Shown here: positions 20,265 to 30,107 of the stretch, in pieces
How positions within the stretch are numbered: position 1 is the first letter of the stretch
Layout of the letters: every line of letters starts with the position of its first letter
Virus record (IMG/VR): IMGVR_UViG_3300042569_003179
DNA from: an uncultured virus (IMG/VR IMGVR_UViG_3300042569_003179)
Taxonomy: Duplodnaviria > Heunggongvirae > Uroviricota > Caudoviricetes
DNA length: 64,000 bases
Direction: 5' to 3' (one strand)
Notes under the pieces: generated by a model
The model's input: the letters and a program-made list of their open reading frames with translations, nothing else
The model's database searches: none
Told to the model about the DNA's origin: nothing
Position numbers and translations under genes: made by a program

Positions 20265-21119
20265 TCAGAACTTAAAGCCGAGACCGATAGTGCCGACGGG
20301 GGCGTAAGCCGTTCCAGCAACACCGTTTTCCTGAGTCGGGAACTTCAGATCAGCGAAACCAACCAGGGACGATGTAAAAGCACGCTCCACACCGGCAACG
20401 AATACAAACTGAGAACCTTGACCAATGCTGGTCTGGTAGTTGGCTTCCCCATCGTTCGTCAATGCCCATTGGCCACCGGCACCGAGGTAGAGGTTAGTGC
20501 CACTAACGAAAGTACCACCGATGGTACGCCCAGCCAGGGAAACGTCTACGGTCCCCAGAACACCGATAGCAGAACCAATTTGGCTATCAGGGCCCGCAGC
20601 GAAGTTCACATAGGGACGAGCTGAGATGGCAGTACCGTAGACTTCAGCCACTGGGAAACGTCCCTGAAGGGTACCACCAGCGATAGTACGATTGTTGCTA
20701 TAGGTGTCGCTGCTAACGCCTTGGCGATTCAGGTTAACGCCTACGCCAACATAATTACCAACTCCAACTGCTTTCCGAGTTGCCGTATCTTCAAGGGCAG
20801 AAATACGAGCGTTGGTAACTGCGATAGCCGCACGAGCCTCGTCTGCAATGCGACGATCTGCTTGGCTCAGTGTGTCATAAACCCGGTCAACGCAAGCACT
20901 CATGAGAGCTACGCTTTCGTAGCGGGTGGTGGGATTGCTACCACGGAAAGTGCCATCGGGATAACCAGCAACGCAACCATACTTTTCAGCTAGGTTTTGA
21001 AGGGCACCGTAGGCCCAATTTGTAGGAGAAGAGTCCGTAAACCGTGGTGCGGCGAACGCAGGGGTGGTAAAGGAAGCGATAGCTGCTAATGTAGCAATAA
21101 TTCGATTTTTCATTTTCAT
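20265..21119 (-). CDS. SLH-domain outer-membrane beta-barrel protein (cyanobacterial porin-like)
   Basis: signal peptide, WAYGALQNLAEKYGCVAGYPDGTFRG...TRYE SLH motif, coiled coil, amphipathic strands ending in terminal F. Confidence 0.85.
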   Translation of the reverse strand: MKMKNRIIATLAAIASFTTPAFAAPRFTDSSPTNWAYGALQNLAEKYGCVAGYPDGTFRGSNPTTRYESVALMSACVDRVYDTLSQADRRIADEARAAIAVTNARISALEDTATRKAVGVGNYVGVGVNLNRQGVSSDTYSNNRTIAGGTLQGRFPVAEVYGTAISARPYVNFAAGPDSQIGSAIGVLGTVDVSLAGRTIGGTFVSGTNLYLGAGGQWALTNDGEANYQTSIGQGSQFVFVAGVERAFTSSLVGFADLKFPTQENGVAGTAYAPVGTIGLGFKF

Positions 21120-21284
21120 TTTGTTTGTGTTTTGTCTGTACAGATCCGGGTTACAAATCCCGGAATGTGATTGTGGGGTTATGAACCCCGGTGCAAATAG
21201 CACTTTGCCCTCTCAGGGTTACAATCACCTTGCTATTGGGTCGTTTATTGGGAGATTTACCATGGGAGATTATACCATAGTTTC

Positions 21285-22274
21285 TCATATAGGGCCAAAC
21301 TCATAGGTCGTTGTCCGTGAGCAATGAAAAACTTCCCCCTTCGGATAGACTTTTTGGACTTCCTGGACGACCCATTTCCTTGTCTCTTCGTTGGCTTTGA
21401 AATCCGTTAAACTGTTTTTCAGGTGGAAAAGTCTTCTAGTTACATCTTCTAGGATTTTTTTAGCTTTCCCGACGAGGATCACGTCCGTGGTACCCCGTGA
21501 GTCAAATTTTGGATATACATTGGGGGATACAAGGTCTAGAAAATCCAATGCGTCTTGAAAAGTGTTCATTGCCACACCAAGTGGCTGATAGGGATATAGC
21601 GTGCTATATGCCATGCAATAATTTCGCAATATCGGGAAAAACAAAGTCTTCCCGTCTTTTTTAGTAATCTCTAGGATTTTACGATTCACTGGCATGAAGA
21701 AGGGGTTTTGTTTCCTAGCTTTAGACTCCGCCCGCTGAATCATGAAGGGGCTTGTAGGAGAAAGTGTTGTAACACAACGGAAGCTATCCCCCATGTCATG
21801 AACTTTGTATGAAGCTTCGAACTTACACACTTTGCTAAAGTAACGGTCATTTTCGGTATTTTGCCTTTCCCGTAAGAATTCCCTTTGTAATTCCAAAGCT
21901 TCTGAGGAACAACATTCTGGAAGCCGTCTAATTAAAAACAGAATTGCGTCTACCAACTCGAAGTCATCCCTGCAAGGGTGGAAATTTGTCTTAACCTCGG
22001 AAATGAACTTTTCTAATAAAACCTTCTCACGGAAAGCTACATACATAATTGGTTCATAATAGCCCAATTCCGGCTTCCCTACTATAAACATTTGAGTGTG
22101 GGGGAAGTGATTTCCAGTGCCAAATCCTAGATCAACCGGGTCAAAATTTTGCCATCTAGTCCCAGGCGGAGGGCACGGCCTCTGATGGTAAAGGGGGAAA
22201 TAAACCTCTTCTCCCCCCCCCCAATCTGTAACTTTCAAGTACTTGAAAAGAGTTTCTATTTTGAGTTGGGACAT
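21285..22274 (-). CDS. hypothetical protein
   Basis: 329-aa ORF. Confidence 0.65.
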   Translation of the reverse strand: MSQLKIETLFKYLKVTDWGGGEEVYFPLYHQRPCPPPGTRWQNFDPVDLGFGTGNHFPHTQMFIVGKPELGYYEPIMYVAFREKVLLEKFISEVKTNFHPCRDDFELVDAILFLIRRLPECCSSEALELQREFLRERQNTENDRYFSKVCKFEASYKVHDMGDSFRCVTTLSPTSPFMIQRAESKARKQNPFFMPVNRKILEITKKDGKTLFFPILRNYCMAYSTLYPYQPLGVAMNTFQDALDFLDLVSPNVYPKFDSRGTTDVILVGKAKKILEDVTRRLFHLKNSLTDFKANEETRKWVVQEVQKVYPKGEVFHCSRTTTYEFGPI

Positions 22275-22294
22275 TGTAGTTTGGATTATTGAAC

Positions 22295-22513
22295 TTATTT
22301 ACCGGAGTCATAGGTGCAAAGTGCGGTGTAATGCCCTAGTTCATAACCTTCAGTCCAACTTCCCCCGGACCGAACACAATCACTCATTCTGTACGGACTT
22401 TTACCAGAGAGCACCCCGGCAGTAATTGAAGCAAGGATCCCCAAAATCGCCCCACAAATTAAAAGTTCAATCAGGATGAAGCCGTTAGGGGTTTGAAATT
22501 TTAATCGTGTCAT
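22295..22513 (-). CDS. type IV pilin-like protein
   Basis: prepilin site G/FILIELL followed by a hydrophobic helix and a C-terminal Cys pair. Confidence 0.75.
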   Translation of the reverse strand: MTRLKFQTPNGFILIELLICGAILGILASITAGVLSGKSPYRMSDCVRSGGSWTEGYELGHYTALCTYDSGK

Positions 22514-22567
22514 TTTAAGAAGTAAAGGAAAGAAGGGTGAGTACCAGCAAGGCATCACCCATGGCAA

Positions 22568-22915
22568 TCAGAGACGAGAAATGCAAACGTTGGCTAAACC
22601 ACTGACCCCCAGGCGTTGAGCAGCTCCGTGAGCAAGGTCAATGATACGACCTCCGATGTAGGGTCCCCTATCTGAAATCCTAACATCAGCAACAAGGCCA
22701 TTGTCACGATTTACTACTCTGACCCAACTTCCAAAGGGGAGTGAAGGATGTGCTGCTGTCATTGTGTTAGGGCGCAATCTTTCACCACTAGCAGTTAAGT
22801 TTCCATATAATCCTGGCCCATACCAACTGGCTTGGCCACACTGCTTGGCTTGAGCTGGTTCCCCAGAAAGAAGTCCGGCAGCGAGAAGGAAAGAGGATAA
22901 TTTGGAAAAACGCAT
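22568..22915 (-). CDS. rlpA: RlpA-like (DPBB) lytic transglycosylase
   Basis: GQASWYG, TASGE, TAAHPSLPFG and DRGPY..GRIIDL motifs. Confidence 0.92.
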   Translation of the reverse strand: MRFSKLSSFLLAAGLLSGEPAQAKQCGQASWYGPGLYGNLTASGERLRPNTMTAAHPSLPFGSWVRVVNRDNGLVADVRISDRGPYIGGRIIDLAHGAAQRLGVSGLANVCISRL

Positions 22916-23043
22916 GAAAACATTAGGATCCAACATTATTCTAGGTTTTTGCGGTTGGCAACCACGGCCTGGTGCCTGATTACTCGGGCTAGATACCATT
23001 GTAGCTTGTTGCGGTGAGCAAGTAAAGTTCGGGAAACCGCCCA

Positions 23044-23721
23044 TCAGCTTGCCTCTTGGCGAAGATTTGCTAGGTTTTCTTCATAGAAGCGCCGCAGGTC
23101 CTCATACCTTTTAACCGGCTGACCGTAATAGCTGTTGCCGCCATAAGTCGGAAGAGATGCCCATTCCGGAGCAAGCTTTGCAATTAGCGTAGGAGTAATC
23201 TTCCCGGAATCAGCTAGGCTCAAGGCATTGCGCTTTTCGACAAGGTACAAGGCTGCTTGGTCTTGGCTTCCGGGGCCAAAGTCCGAAAGGTTAAGTTTCT
23301 TGGATGCTTCATCCCAGGTCCCTGGCAAGAACTGATAGGCCCCAGCAGCTGCACTCGCGTAGCTCACCGAGTATTGAATTTGGTTTGGATGTTTTTCTAA
23401 TGAGGATACCATGCGCCCCCCAAACAAAATCCGGTAGCCATCTCGGCTATTTTCAGTCCAGGTTCCTTCGGCAAAGCGAATGGTATTTAAAAGGGCTCTG
23501 CGTTCTGGCGTAAGCTCATAGGCAGGGGCCGGTAAAAACTTTGTAGGATCGCAGCCTGTGCAGATGGGGTCGAGTCCTAGTGGTAGACCTGGGGAGAGAC
23601 CCATGATTGCGACTTTCTGAGGTATAGGGTATTCCAGTCTGTTAAACTCAGTAAGTCCGTTTAGCGGGGTTGCAACAGTTCCAACCAGGGAAACAGCCAC
23701 AAGTGTAGTGAGGTTAAGCAT
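23044..23721 (-). CDS. lambda-type lysozyme/muramidase (GH24/GH104)
   Basis: RALLNTIRFAEGT, AAGAYQFLPGTW, F.P..QD.AA and EWASLP motifs; N-terminal signal-like segment. Confidence 0.9.
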   Translation of the reverse strand: MLNLTTLVAVSLVGTVATPLNGLTEFNRLEYPIPQKVAIMGLSPGLPLGLDPICTGCDPTKFLPAPAYELTPERRALLNTIRFAEGTWTENSRDGYRILFGGRMVSSLEKHPNQIQYSVSYASAAAGAYQFLPGTWDEASKKLNLSDFGPGSQDQAALYLVEKRNALSLADSGKITPTLIAKLAPEWASLPTYGGNSYYGQPVKRYEDLRRFYEENLANLRQEAS

Positions 23722-23737
23722 TTAATTAGTTAGATAC

Positions 23738-23793
23738 AACATCCGATTAGGATAAGGAGAAGTTCCCCGTCTCAGGGGCGAATCCCTCGGCAC
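23738..23793 (-). promoter_or_regulatory. candidate structured 5' UTR element of the lysozyme gene
   Basis: nested stems CCGA/TCGG, GGGAT/ATCCT and CCCC/GGGG just before the ATG; promoter TTGACT-N16-TATAAT at 23898-23925. Confidence 0.4.
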
Positions 23794-24156
23794 ATTTTGT
23801 TTAAGGGCACATTATCATGCCCCGATCCCCACTTTGCGGTTTGCAAAGAACCCCCTCATAAAGGGCGACGTTTTAGGTTCCGTCATGGGTCGTTTCTATT
23901 ATAGCACCCTAGATCAGAAAGTCAATGGGTAAGGGCGGATGGATAGGTGGATGGGCGAATGGTGACGATCCTTATAGGAAGTCGGAGCCAGGTGTATTAC
24001 CAAAGTCTAAACAATATTCTCTAAACATCTCCTTGACTAATTGCCAATTTTCCCCGCTGGCATCTAACCCAAGTTTCTCAGTGGCTTGGGGGACGTTCCA
24101 TTTTGCCCCATATAATTTTCCCATCGCAATTTCATAGTCCCCCTTTGAAAAAGTCA

Positions 24157-24594
24157 TTACTTGTTGCCAGGATTTTTATTGTTATTTTTCCGTTTATTGT
24201 CATTTAACAAATTATTTATCATCTTAGTGAGAATCTTATTGACAGGCTCTGGGACCTGGTAAACGGGGATTTTTGGTTTTTTGCCGGGAGCTTTCGCTGC
24301 AGGGGCTTTCGTTTCGGGTTTTGTCACCGGGGACTTTGCTGCTGGTGACTTTGCTGCGGGTAACTTACGTTGGGCCAATATCTGATTAGCAACTTTGGTG
24401 ATCGCTGGATTTAAAGCCCAAGGAATATCAACCATGCAAACATGGTAACCCGGGATGCAAGAAGCCCCGCAAGATTTCCCCTTTTTGCATTTCTTTCTTT
24501 TTAGTTTGGGTAAATTGAGACCACCTAGCCTAGCTATTTGACCACGTTTAGCGGCATTAATTTGGCCCTCAGTTCTTCTTTCAATTAAAGGCAT
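24157..24594 (-). CDS. basic protein with CKKGKSCGASCI motif
   Basis: four-Cys motif plus an AAKSP low-complexity linker. Confidence 0.6.
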   Translation of the reverse strand: MPLIERRTEGQINAAKRGQIARLGGLNLPKLKRKKCKKGKSCGASCIPGYHVCMVDIPWALNPAITKVANQILAQRKLPAAKSPAAKSPVTKPETKAPAAKAPGKKPKIPVYQVPEPVNKILTKMINNLLNDNKRKNNNKNPGNK

Positions 24595-24619
24595 CTAGGG
24601 TGGATCGCTTGGTCTTATT

Positions 24620-25024
24620 TTACCCCGTTACCTTTCTTTCCTTACCCCGATAATTACCCCTAAGGGCCCTATGAATCCCCTCAAACCATCCTACCTTATG
24701 AGGATCCCCACACTTCCACAACGGTAAATGAGATAGCAAATATCGTTTTTCCTCATTAACCAAACAAGCGATTGCGCTAGGGTCATAACCTTCATAGTCG
24801 GGGTCATAGAACTTAACTACCGGTATAGAGTGGTACTCTAATGATAAGAGTAAATCTATCAGGTGCCATCTCCCCTCAACTGTTAGCCAAACGAAAGAGG
24901 GATGCTCGCCCTCAGGAACTCCCCGTAAACGGCAATACTCCAGCTGAGCATGAGCAGATTGAATAGCTTGCTGATGGGTAGGGAGATCACGCCTAGAAAT
25001 GGCGTAGAAGTGTTTTGGGCTCAT
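24620..25024 (-). CDS. peptidyl-tRNA hydrolase II (Pth2)-like protein
   Basis: Y...RRDL....QAIQSAHA, F.DPD and LSHLPL pattern. Confidence 0.7.
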   Translation of the reverse strand: MSPKHFYAISRRDLPTHQQAIQSAHAQLEYCRLRGVPEGEHPSFVWLTVEGRWHLIDLLLSLEYHSIPVVKFYDPDYEGYDPSAIACLVNEEKRYLLSHLPLWKCGDPHKVGWFEGIHRALRGNYRGKERKVTG

Positions 25025-25029
25025 ATTTC

Positions 25030-25461
25030 CTAGGTGGGTATACTAACGGAATTATCACTCTGGGTTAAGTCCACATCTGATAAATTAAAAAGTTCTTTAA
25101 AGAACTCGACTTCACCTGAGAATTCAACTGGTACAGTAGCCAAATTAGCAAAAATTGCTGCAGCTAAGCGGTGATTACCGTCAGTGAGTATCCAATCCAT
25201 AGAGTAACCCATAGAGGGGATTCCTACGTCTAAGGAAATTGGATCCTTAAACCCATTCACAATGAAATAAGCTATTCTTGCTGCGTGGTCATTGGCCGTT
25301 GGTTTTCTACCGTTAGCCCTAAGATTACTGATAGGAATCTCTAGCAAATTCCCGCAATTGACGGCCTTTTGTACCTTGGACTTTGGGACCTTGACACCCC
25401 AAGGATGATATAGGTATGGGTCGCAAAGTTCTTTAAGCTTACTCACCGGGACATGGATCAT
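25030..25461 (-). CDS. ParB/Srx-like domain protein
   Basis: DPI...ILTDGNHRLAAA...VPV. Confidence 0.75.
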   Translation of the reverse strand: MIHVPVSKLKELCDPYLYHPWGVKVPKSKVQKAVNCGNLLEIPISNLRANGRKPTANDHAARIAYFIVNGFKDPISLDVGIPSMGYSMDWILTDGNHRLAAAIFANLATVPVEFSGEVEFFKELFNLSDVDLTQSDNSVSIPT

Positions 25462-25484
25462 GTGTTTCTGAATACAAATGGCAT

Positions 25485-26192
25485 TTACTTATGGGGCTTC
25501 CCACGGAATGACACCTTAGCATCAAACCCCTTCTGTGTCAACCGGTCCTTGTCTGAAATGTCAACTGGTGGCAAACTGTCGGGGTTATCTCTGAGGGAGG
25601 TCAAAAACATAGCAATCTCCTGGTACATTTGTTCAGCAGTGAACAAGGATGCAAACCCCAGTTCCCCCAAGTTTGGTACCGTTCGATTTAGGGTTATGTG
25701 GAATGGTTCCCTAAGGTGCTTGTAGTGGGGGTCTTCCAGAATGAAAACAGGAATTTGTAACTTTTTGGATACTTCAACGCAGGCTGAGTTTGGAACTCCA
25801 ATTAGGTCTTTGATGTCTGGTTCTTTGTACCAATTTCCAGGAGATCTGCTGTAGACTAGGTCCAGGGAGGGGTGAGCCTCGGTAATTAGTTTATATTTGG
25901 GGAGATACACTCCGGGTTCATCAGACACCAGTAGGTACAACTTTCCACATACCGAGCACCATTTGTATGCCCAGGGGAATACATCTGGGTTTCTTTTCCA
26001 GAATATGCCATCTTTTGGCGACGGTTTAGCTGGTATCCCTCCTTTCACCCCAATAGAAAAGCATTTATCACTATACTCGTCCCTACCTTCCACGTCTCTA
26101 CGAACATAAGTGTTAGCCGGATCCCCACCTTCTTGGCTATACAGGTATTCTACATAGTCGTAGTAATCTTTGAACTTTGATAGGATTTTCAT
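25485..26192 (-). CDS. conserved phage hypothetical protein
   Basis: MKILSKFKDYYD...KGFD.K.SFR pattern. Confidence 0.7.
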   Translation of the reverse strand: MKILSKFKDYYDYVEYLYSQEGGDPANTYVRRDVEGRDEYSDKCFSIGVKGGIPAKPSPKDGIFWKRNPDVFPWAYKWCSVCGKLYLLVSDEPGVYLPKYKLITEAHPSLDLVYSRSPGNWYKEPDIKDLIGVPNSACVEVSKKLQIPVFILEDPHYKHLREPFHITLNRTVPNLGELGFASLFTAEQMYQEIAMFLTSLRDNPDSLPPVDISDKDRLTQKGFDAKVSFRGKPHK

Positions 26193-26521
26193 TGTTTTTG
26201 GGGTGAAAGGTGAATGAGTTTTACTTATCCCGTAAATCAGAACAATTTTCTATGGGACCTTAAGGGTTTGCAAAATCCTCCGTATGAATAGCCAGTATAG
26301 CAAACTTGCCCAAGCTGTCGTAGGTCTGGCTAACCCATTGCATCCCAGATTGTTCAAACCACCAATCGGAGGGTAATTCACAAAGATCAGCACTAACGCC
26401 AAACTCTGTGACCAACCAGCTTTCCCTATCGTATGCCCATGGAACATTTGAAAGCTCTGCTTTCCTGGCAATGTAAGTTCGACCGTCAGGCCCCTCAAGA
26501 AGTAGGTGCGTCATTTTTCAC

Positions 26522-26902
26522 TCAGTCCCAGTCCCCATCCAAACGTCTGCTAACCCTCCCCGCAGTTTCAGCAGCGTCTTCAATTTGGTTTCTTAAACTG
26601 ATTATAATTTTGGCAATGTTCGTGTAAATCGTTACTTCATTATAACTAAGGTTGTCAAAACCGCATTCGTATTCATCATTCTCTTCAATTCCAGACCCAT
26701 CAAAAAATTCTCTGAGAACCTTGTGGGTATTCCACTTATCCAGGAACTTGTAGTAATCTTTATCCAGGAACTTGTAGTAATCTTCTCCCTTTTGGAAATC
26801 ACTCCAAGCTAGACCACTGTAGTCTGGGGGACCGCACTCTGATAGGATTTTCTTAACTTTCTTCTTTCCGGAAGAGGTCAATAATTTAGGGTCGATTTCC
26901 AT
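26522..26902 (-). CDS. hypothetical protein with 24-bp tandem duplication
   Basis: DYYKFLDK occurs twice. Confidence 0.55.
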   Translation of the reverse strand: MEIDPKLLTSSGKKKVKKILSECGPPDYSGLAWSDFQKGEDYYKFLDKDYYKFLDKWNTHKVLREFFDGSGIEENDEYECGFDNLSYNEVTIYTNIAKIIISLRNQIEDAAETAGRVSRRLDGDWD

Positions 26903-26927
26903 TTTTCTATTAGTGTTTGGGGTAGCA

Positions 26928-27170
26928 AGGGGACCGAAGCCCCCCGCAATGAGTCAGAATGCTATCGCTCAAACGGCGACGGCAGTCCTCTCGAATTTGA
27001 CGATTTTGTTAGCGTCTATGTTGTGCTTATGCAAGCGGCTTTCGGTAATTGGCTTGCTGTCGGTCGATTCCAGAGCGGACCCTCGAAAGGGAAATGGATC
27101 CGGGGCGATTCGAACGCCCGTGTCGCGCAGTAGTGACAACTACCTACACCCAGTTTTTAGCCGTATGGTA
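26928..27170 (-). ncRNA. ssrA: circularly permuted (two-piece) tmRNA
   Basis: acceptor piece ends GGGCG-TTCGAAT-CGCCC-CGGATCC-A (27095); 12-nt spacer; coding piece starts GGGTCCG..GGAATCGAC (27082); G3-U70 pair; tag 27013-26969 = ANKIVKFERTAVAV*; 5' start approximate. Confidence 0.92.
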
Positions 27171-27490
27171 GGGCTTTAACAATTATTACCCGTTACAGTT
27201 AAAAGTCGATGTAATCTCATACTGCCTAAGTAAGTTAAACAACTCAGTTTGAAGGTCTTCGAAGCCGCCCACAAGTTGATCCTGAGTGACCGCATAGCAA
27301 GGACCCACTTTAGAGCCAGCCCAAGGTATGATTTGTTTGTGCTCTAGAATCTTGTTCCTGTACTTAAGAAGTAGGGAGTTAATCCCGGAGGCTAGCTGAA
27401 CTTTATCGGATAGAACTATTTGTTTTAACATGGTGGGGGGGGTGTTGGTTACGGTGAGGGGTGGCAATAAAAGGTGATGTTGCAGGAGGG

Positions 27491-27558
27491 GTTGGGTCCG
27501 GGCATCGCCTGCGGCGCCCGTCCCTGGTCGGGGGCTAACGCCCCCTCCCGAAATTTTC
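27491..27558. repeat. GC-rich multi-hairpin element, copy 1
   Basis: near-identical inverted copy at 62336-62404. Confidence 0.85.
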
Positions 27559-27670
27559 GGGCCATACCCCTATTGTAGCGCGTTTACTAGGGGAGGCAAG
27601 GCGGCTAACCCCCCCACAACCCAGCAAGCTGCCTGGAGTCCACCCATTTAACATATATGGCTAGGCAGGT

Positions 27671-29239
27671 TCACCCTAGGGGGACCATCCGCCGTCTAAT
27701 CCGAGTCGATGGAACTTCGATATAAGTCAAATGTTCTTTGGCTCTTGTCACTTGGACATAACATAAGTTGTTTTCTTGAATAATTTCCCAATCTTTTCTC
27801 GCCCACTTACTTGGGCTATAAGCATTCATACCTAGTGCATAAACATGACCCCATTCTTTGCCTTTAGAGCGATGCACTGTGGACAGGGTCAAAATGGACT
27901 GGCCCTTTGACGAATCGCTATCTCCAAACAACTCTTTAATTTTATCGATCAATACACTGATTGGATCATCCAGTTTGCATTGTTCCATCAAAACCCTTAA
28001 GGTTTCTGCTTGGTCTTCAATGTCATCGCATTTTGTATAATCCTCGTCGTCCCTGGCTTTGGCCATGGCTTTTATGTACCAGTTGGCTACTTTGGACTCT
28101 AGTTCGGACACCTCATCACAATCCCATCGGTTTATTAACTTAATTAGACCATCTCCAATAGCCCGTCCCTCTACCCTGCATGAAATACCCTTCTTGATAA
28201 GCTTAAAAGCCAACTCAACCAGGGGCTTCGTTACTCTGCACAAGATAGCATCGCTCGGGCTAAGGTTGGGGCTCTTCAATAAATCTTCCAACTTTAGGGA
28301 ATCTACAATGCCGTCAGGCGCACCATCAAATGCCTTAATGTGGGGCACCCACCTTTGGGCCTCCTTGACAATGAGCTTTGGACAACGGAAAGTTGTTGTC
28401 AGCGGGAGATTGATGGTGTTGAATTCTTTAGCAATTAAATCCATTGCATTGTGGTCAGCACCAGTGTACGCATTGATCGACTGATGGCTATCCCCAACAG
28501 CAATTAGACGCCCATTAGGGGCAAGCATCATCTTAATGAGCTTACGTCTTACGGGGTTAGTATCCTGTGCTTCATCTAGGAGGACCCAGTCGTATTGCTT
28601 AGATTTTAACCCCAAAAGGACTGGCCCATATACCATGTCATCGAAGTCAATTATTTTCGGGATAGCCCTATTACTTTCTTTTAGGACAGCACGAGCTTCT
28701 TTGATTCCGTCACTTAGTGATGCAAACTTAGGGAGAGCCAAATCCAGGGAAAAGTGATCAACCATGTGGTTCCAAGCCTGGGTATCATCAATGTTTGAAA
28801 AAATACCTATCCCAATTTGTTTGGCTTTTGATGCAGTATTTATGGCAAATGTGCGCAAATAAGGGTTTTTAACGACAGAGTCTGCAATTTTTTTGAGTTT
28901 TTTGTACCCGTCTAGCTCTACCCTTGGGTAAGAAGAGCGTAAAATTTTATACCCGAAACTATGAACGGTGCCAATATTAAGTCGATCCCCGATTTGCATT
29001 GGGCTAGATCTTACTTCAAGTTCTTTGACAATGGCTTTGTTATAGGCGCAAAAACCCACATCGCCCTTAGTTCGAGGGAGAACTCCAAGTAAAACCTTAG
29101 TTTTTCCTGACCCTGCCACAGCTTCAACAAGTGCAGATCCTTCACCTTTGACGGCCCATTCTGCTACTGCATACTGCTCAGGGGATGGGGTTGGCCCTTT
29201 GGTTGTGGTTGAATCGTCAGTAGGTTGGGGTATTAGCAT
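27671..29239 (-). CDS. UvrD/Rep-like SF1 helicase
   Basis: AVAGSGKT, DEAQD, VGDSHQSI, FRCP, TVHRSKGKEW and YVQVTRAK motifs. Confidence 0.93.
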   Translation of the reverse strand: MLIPQPTDDSTTTKGPTPSPEQYAVAEWAVKGEGSALVEAVAGSGKTKVLLGVLPRTKGDVGFCAYNKAIVKELEVRSSPMQIGDRLNIGTVHSFGYKILRSSYPRVELDGYKKLKKIADSVVKNPYLRTFAINTASKAKQIGIGIFSNIDDTQAWNHMVDHFSLDLALPKFASLSDGIKEARAVLKESNRAIPKIIDFDDMVYGPVLLGLKSKQYDWVLLDEAQDTNPVRRKLIKMMLAPNGRLIAVGDSHQSINAYTGADHNAMDLIAKEFNTINLPLTTTFRCPKLIVKEAQRWVPHIKAFDGAPDGIVDSLKLEDLLKSPNLSPSDAILCRVTKPLVELAFKLIKKGISCRVEGRAIGDGLIKLINRWDCDEVSELESKVANWYIKAMAKARDDEDYTKCDDIEDQAETLRVLMEQCKLDDPISVLIDKIKELFGDSDSSKGQSILTLSTVHRSKGKEWGHVYALGMNAYSPSKWARKDWEIIQENNLCYVQVTRAKEHLTYIEVPSTRIRRRMVPLG

Positions 29240-29300
29240 CTTGGTTGCGGTTTGGTTGCGGTTTAGTAGTTGGTTGGTAGTTGGTTTATTGCTGGGTGTG

Positions 29301-29507
29301 TCAAATTAACTTATGGCAATATGGCAATGTGGCAATGTCCCAGTGGGGATCTCCTGAAAGATCCACCCATGCGCAGTATTTGCCGTTAACTGAAACGAAG
29401 AATACTTTAGTGCCTTTCCGCTGTTCGATGTTGATGTTGGGGTTTCCACCCATTGAATTTATCAGGCGGTTCCTGGCTTTGTTTGAGATTGGAATTGCTC
29501 GGGCCAT
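29301..29507 (-). CDS. hypothetical protein
   Basis: P.S.KA.NR..N.M..N motif; TTGACT/TATAAT promoter upstream. Confidence 0.6.
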   Translation of the reverse strand: MARAIPISNKARNRLINSMGGNPNINIEQRKGTKVFFVSVNGKYCAWVDLSGDPHWDIATLPYCHKLI

Positions 29508-29580
29508 TTTCGACTTTGGAACTTACTTCTATTATAGTACATGCCTGCCGTAAAGTCAATGGCCCCAAGGTTAACTACCT

Positions 29581-30066
29581 TTAGTTAAAACTAGGCTCTA
29601 GCAATAGTGCCAGCATTTCCTGAATAGTTTTGTAGACGGGGTCTTCAGGTGAGAAGGAAAACTTTTGAGTTGCTTTATTGTCGATCCATTCGCGGATGCC
29701 GGTTCCAAACTCAGTTGACCTTGCATACCAATCACATACCATCTCAGCAACATAGACTTTCGGCATGTCGTGGATGCTACCCCAGTATTCGGGGTGATGT
29801 GGGTTCACGGACTGATGATGTTTGATGACTTCAGAAAGTAAAGGGTCTGAATGAAAAAGGTGGGCAAACTCTATACCTTTGAATTTAGAATTATCATGGA
29901 TTTGCCCGTTGGCAATTAGGTTGCGACCAAGCTCAATTTCACCACGCTTTATTAGTTTGAGCCCCAGCTTATAGCAGCCCCTTTGAACATTCTGAATGTG
30001 GTTAAAAACAAGTTCTATTTTGTCGATGGATTCAGTTTCGATTGTCATTTGGGGAGTGCCTGGCAT
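29581..30066 (-). CDS. DUF5662 (HD-like) protein
   Basis: HDNSKF, HH...NPHHPEYW and EMVCDW motifs. Confidence 0.8.
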   Translation of the reverse strand: MPGTPQMTIETESIDKIELVFNHIQNVQRGCYKLGLKLIKRGEIELGRNLIANGQIHDNSKFKGIEFAHLFHSDPLLSEVIKHHQSVNPHHPEYWGSIHDMPKVYVAEMVCDWYARSTEFGTGIREWIDNKATQKFSFSPEDPVYKTIQEMLALLLEPSFN

Positions 30067-30107
30067 TCATCATTGATACCTAAGCTATTACCCTGCTTTA
30101 CCGGGCT

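Noticed and set aside
26737..26783. 24-bp tandem duplication (and the 21-bp repeats near 32325-32430)
   Set aside because: In-frame coding micro-duplications with no sign of a separate function
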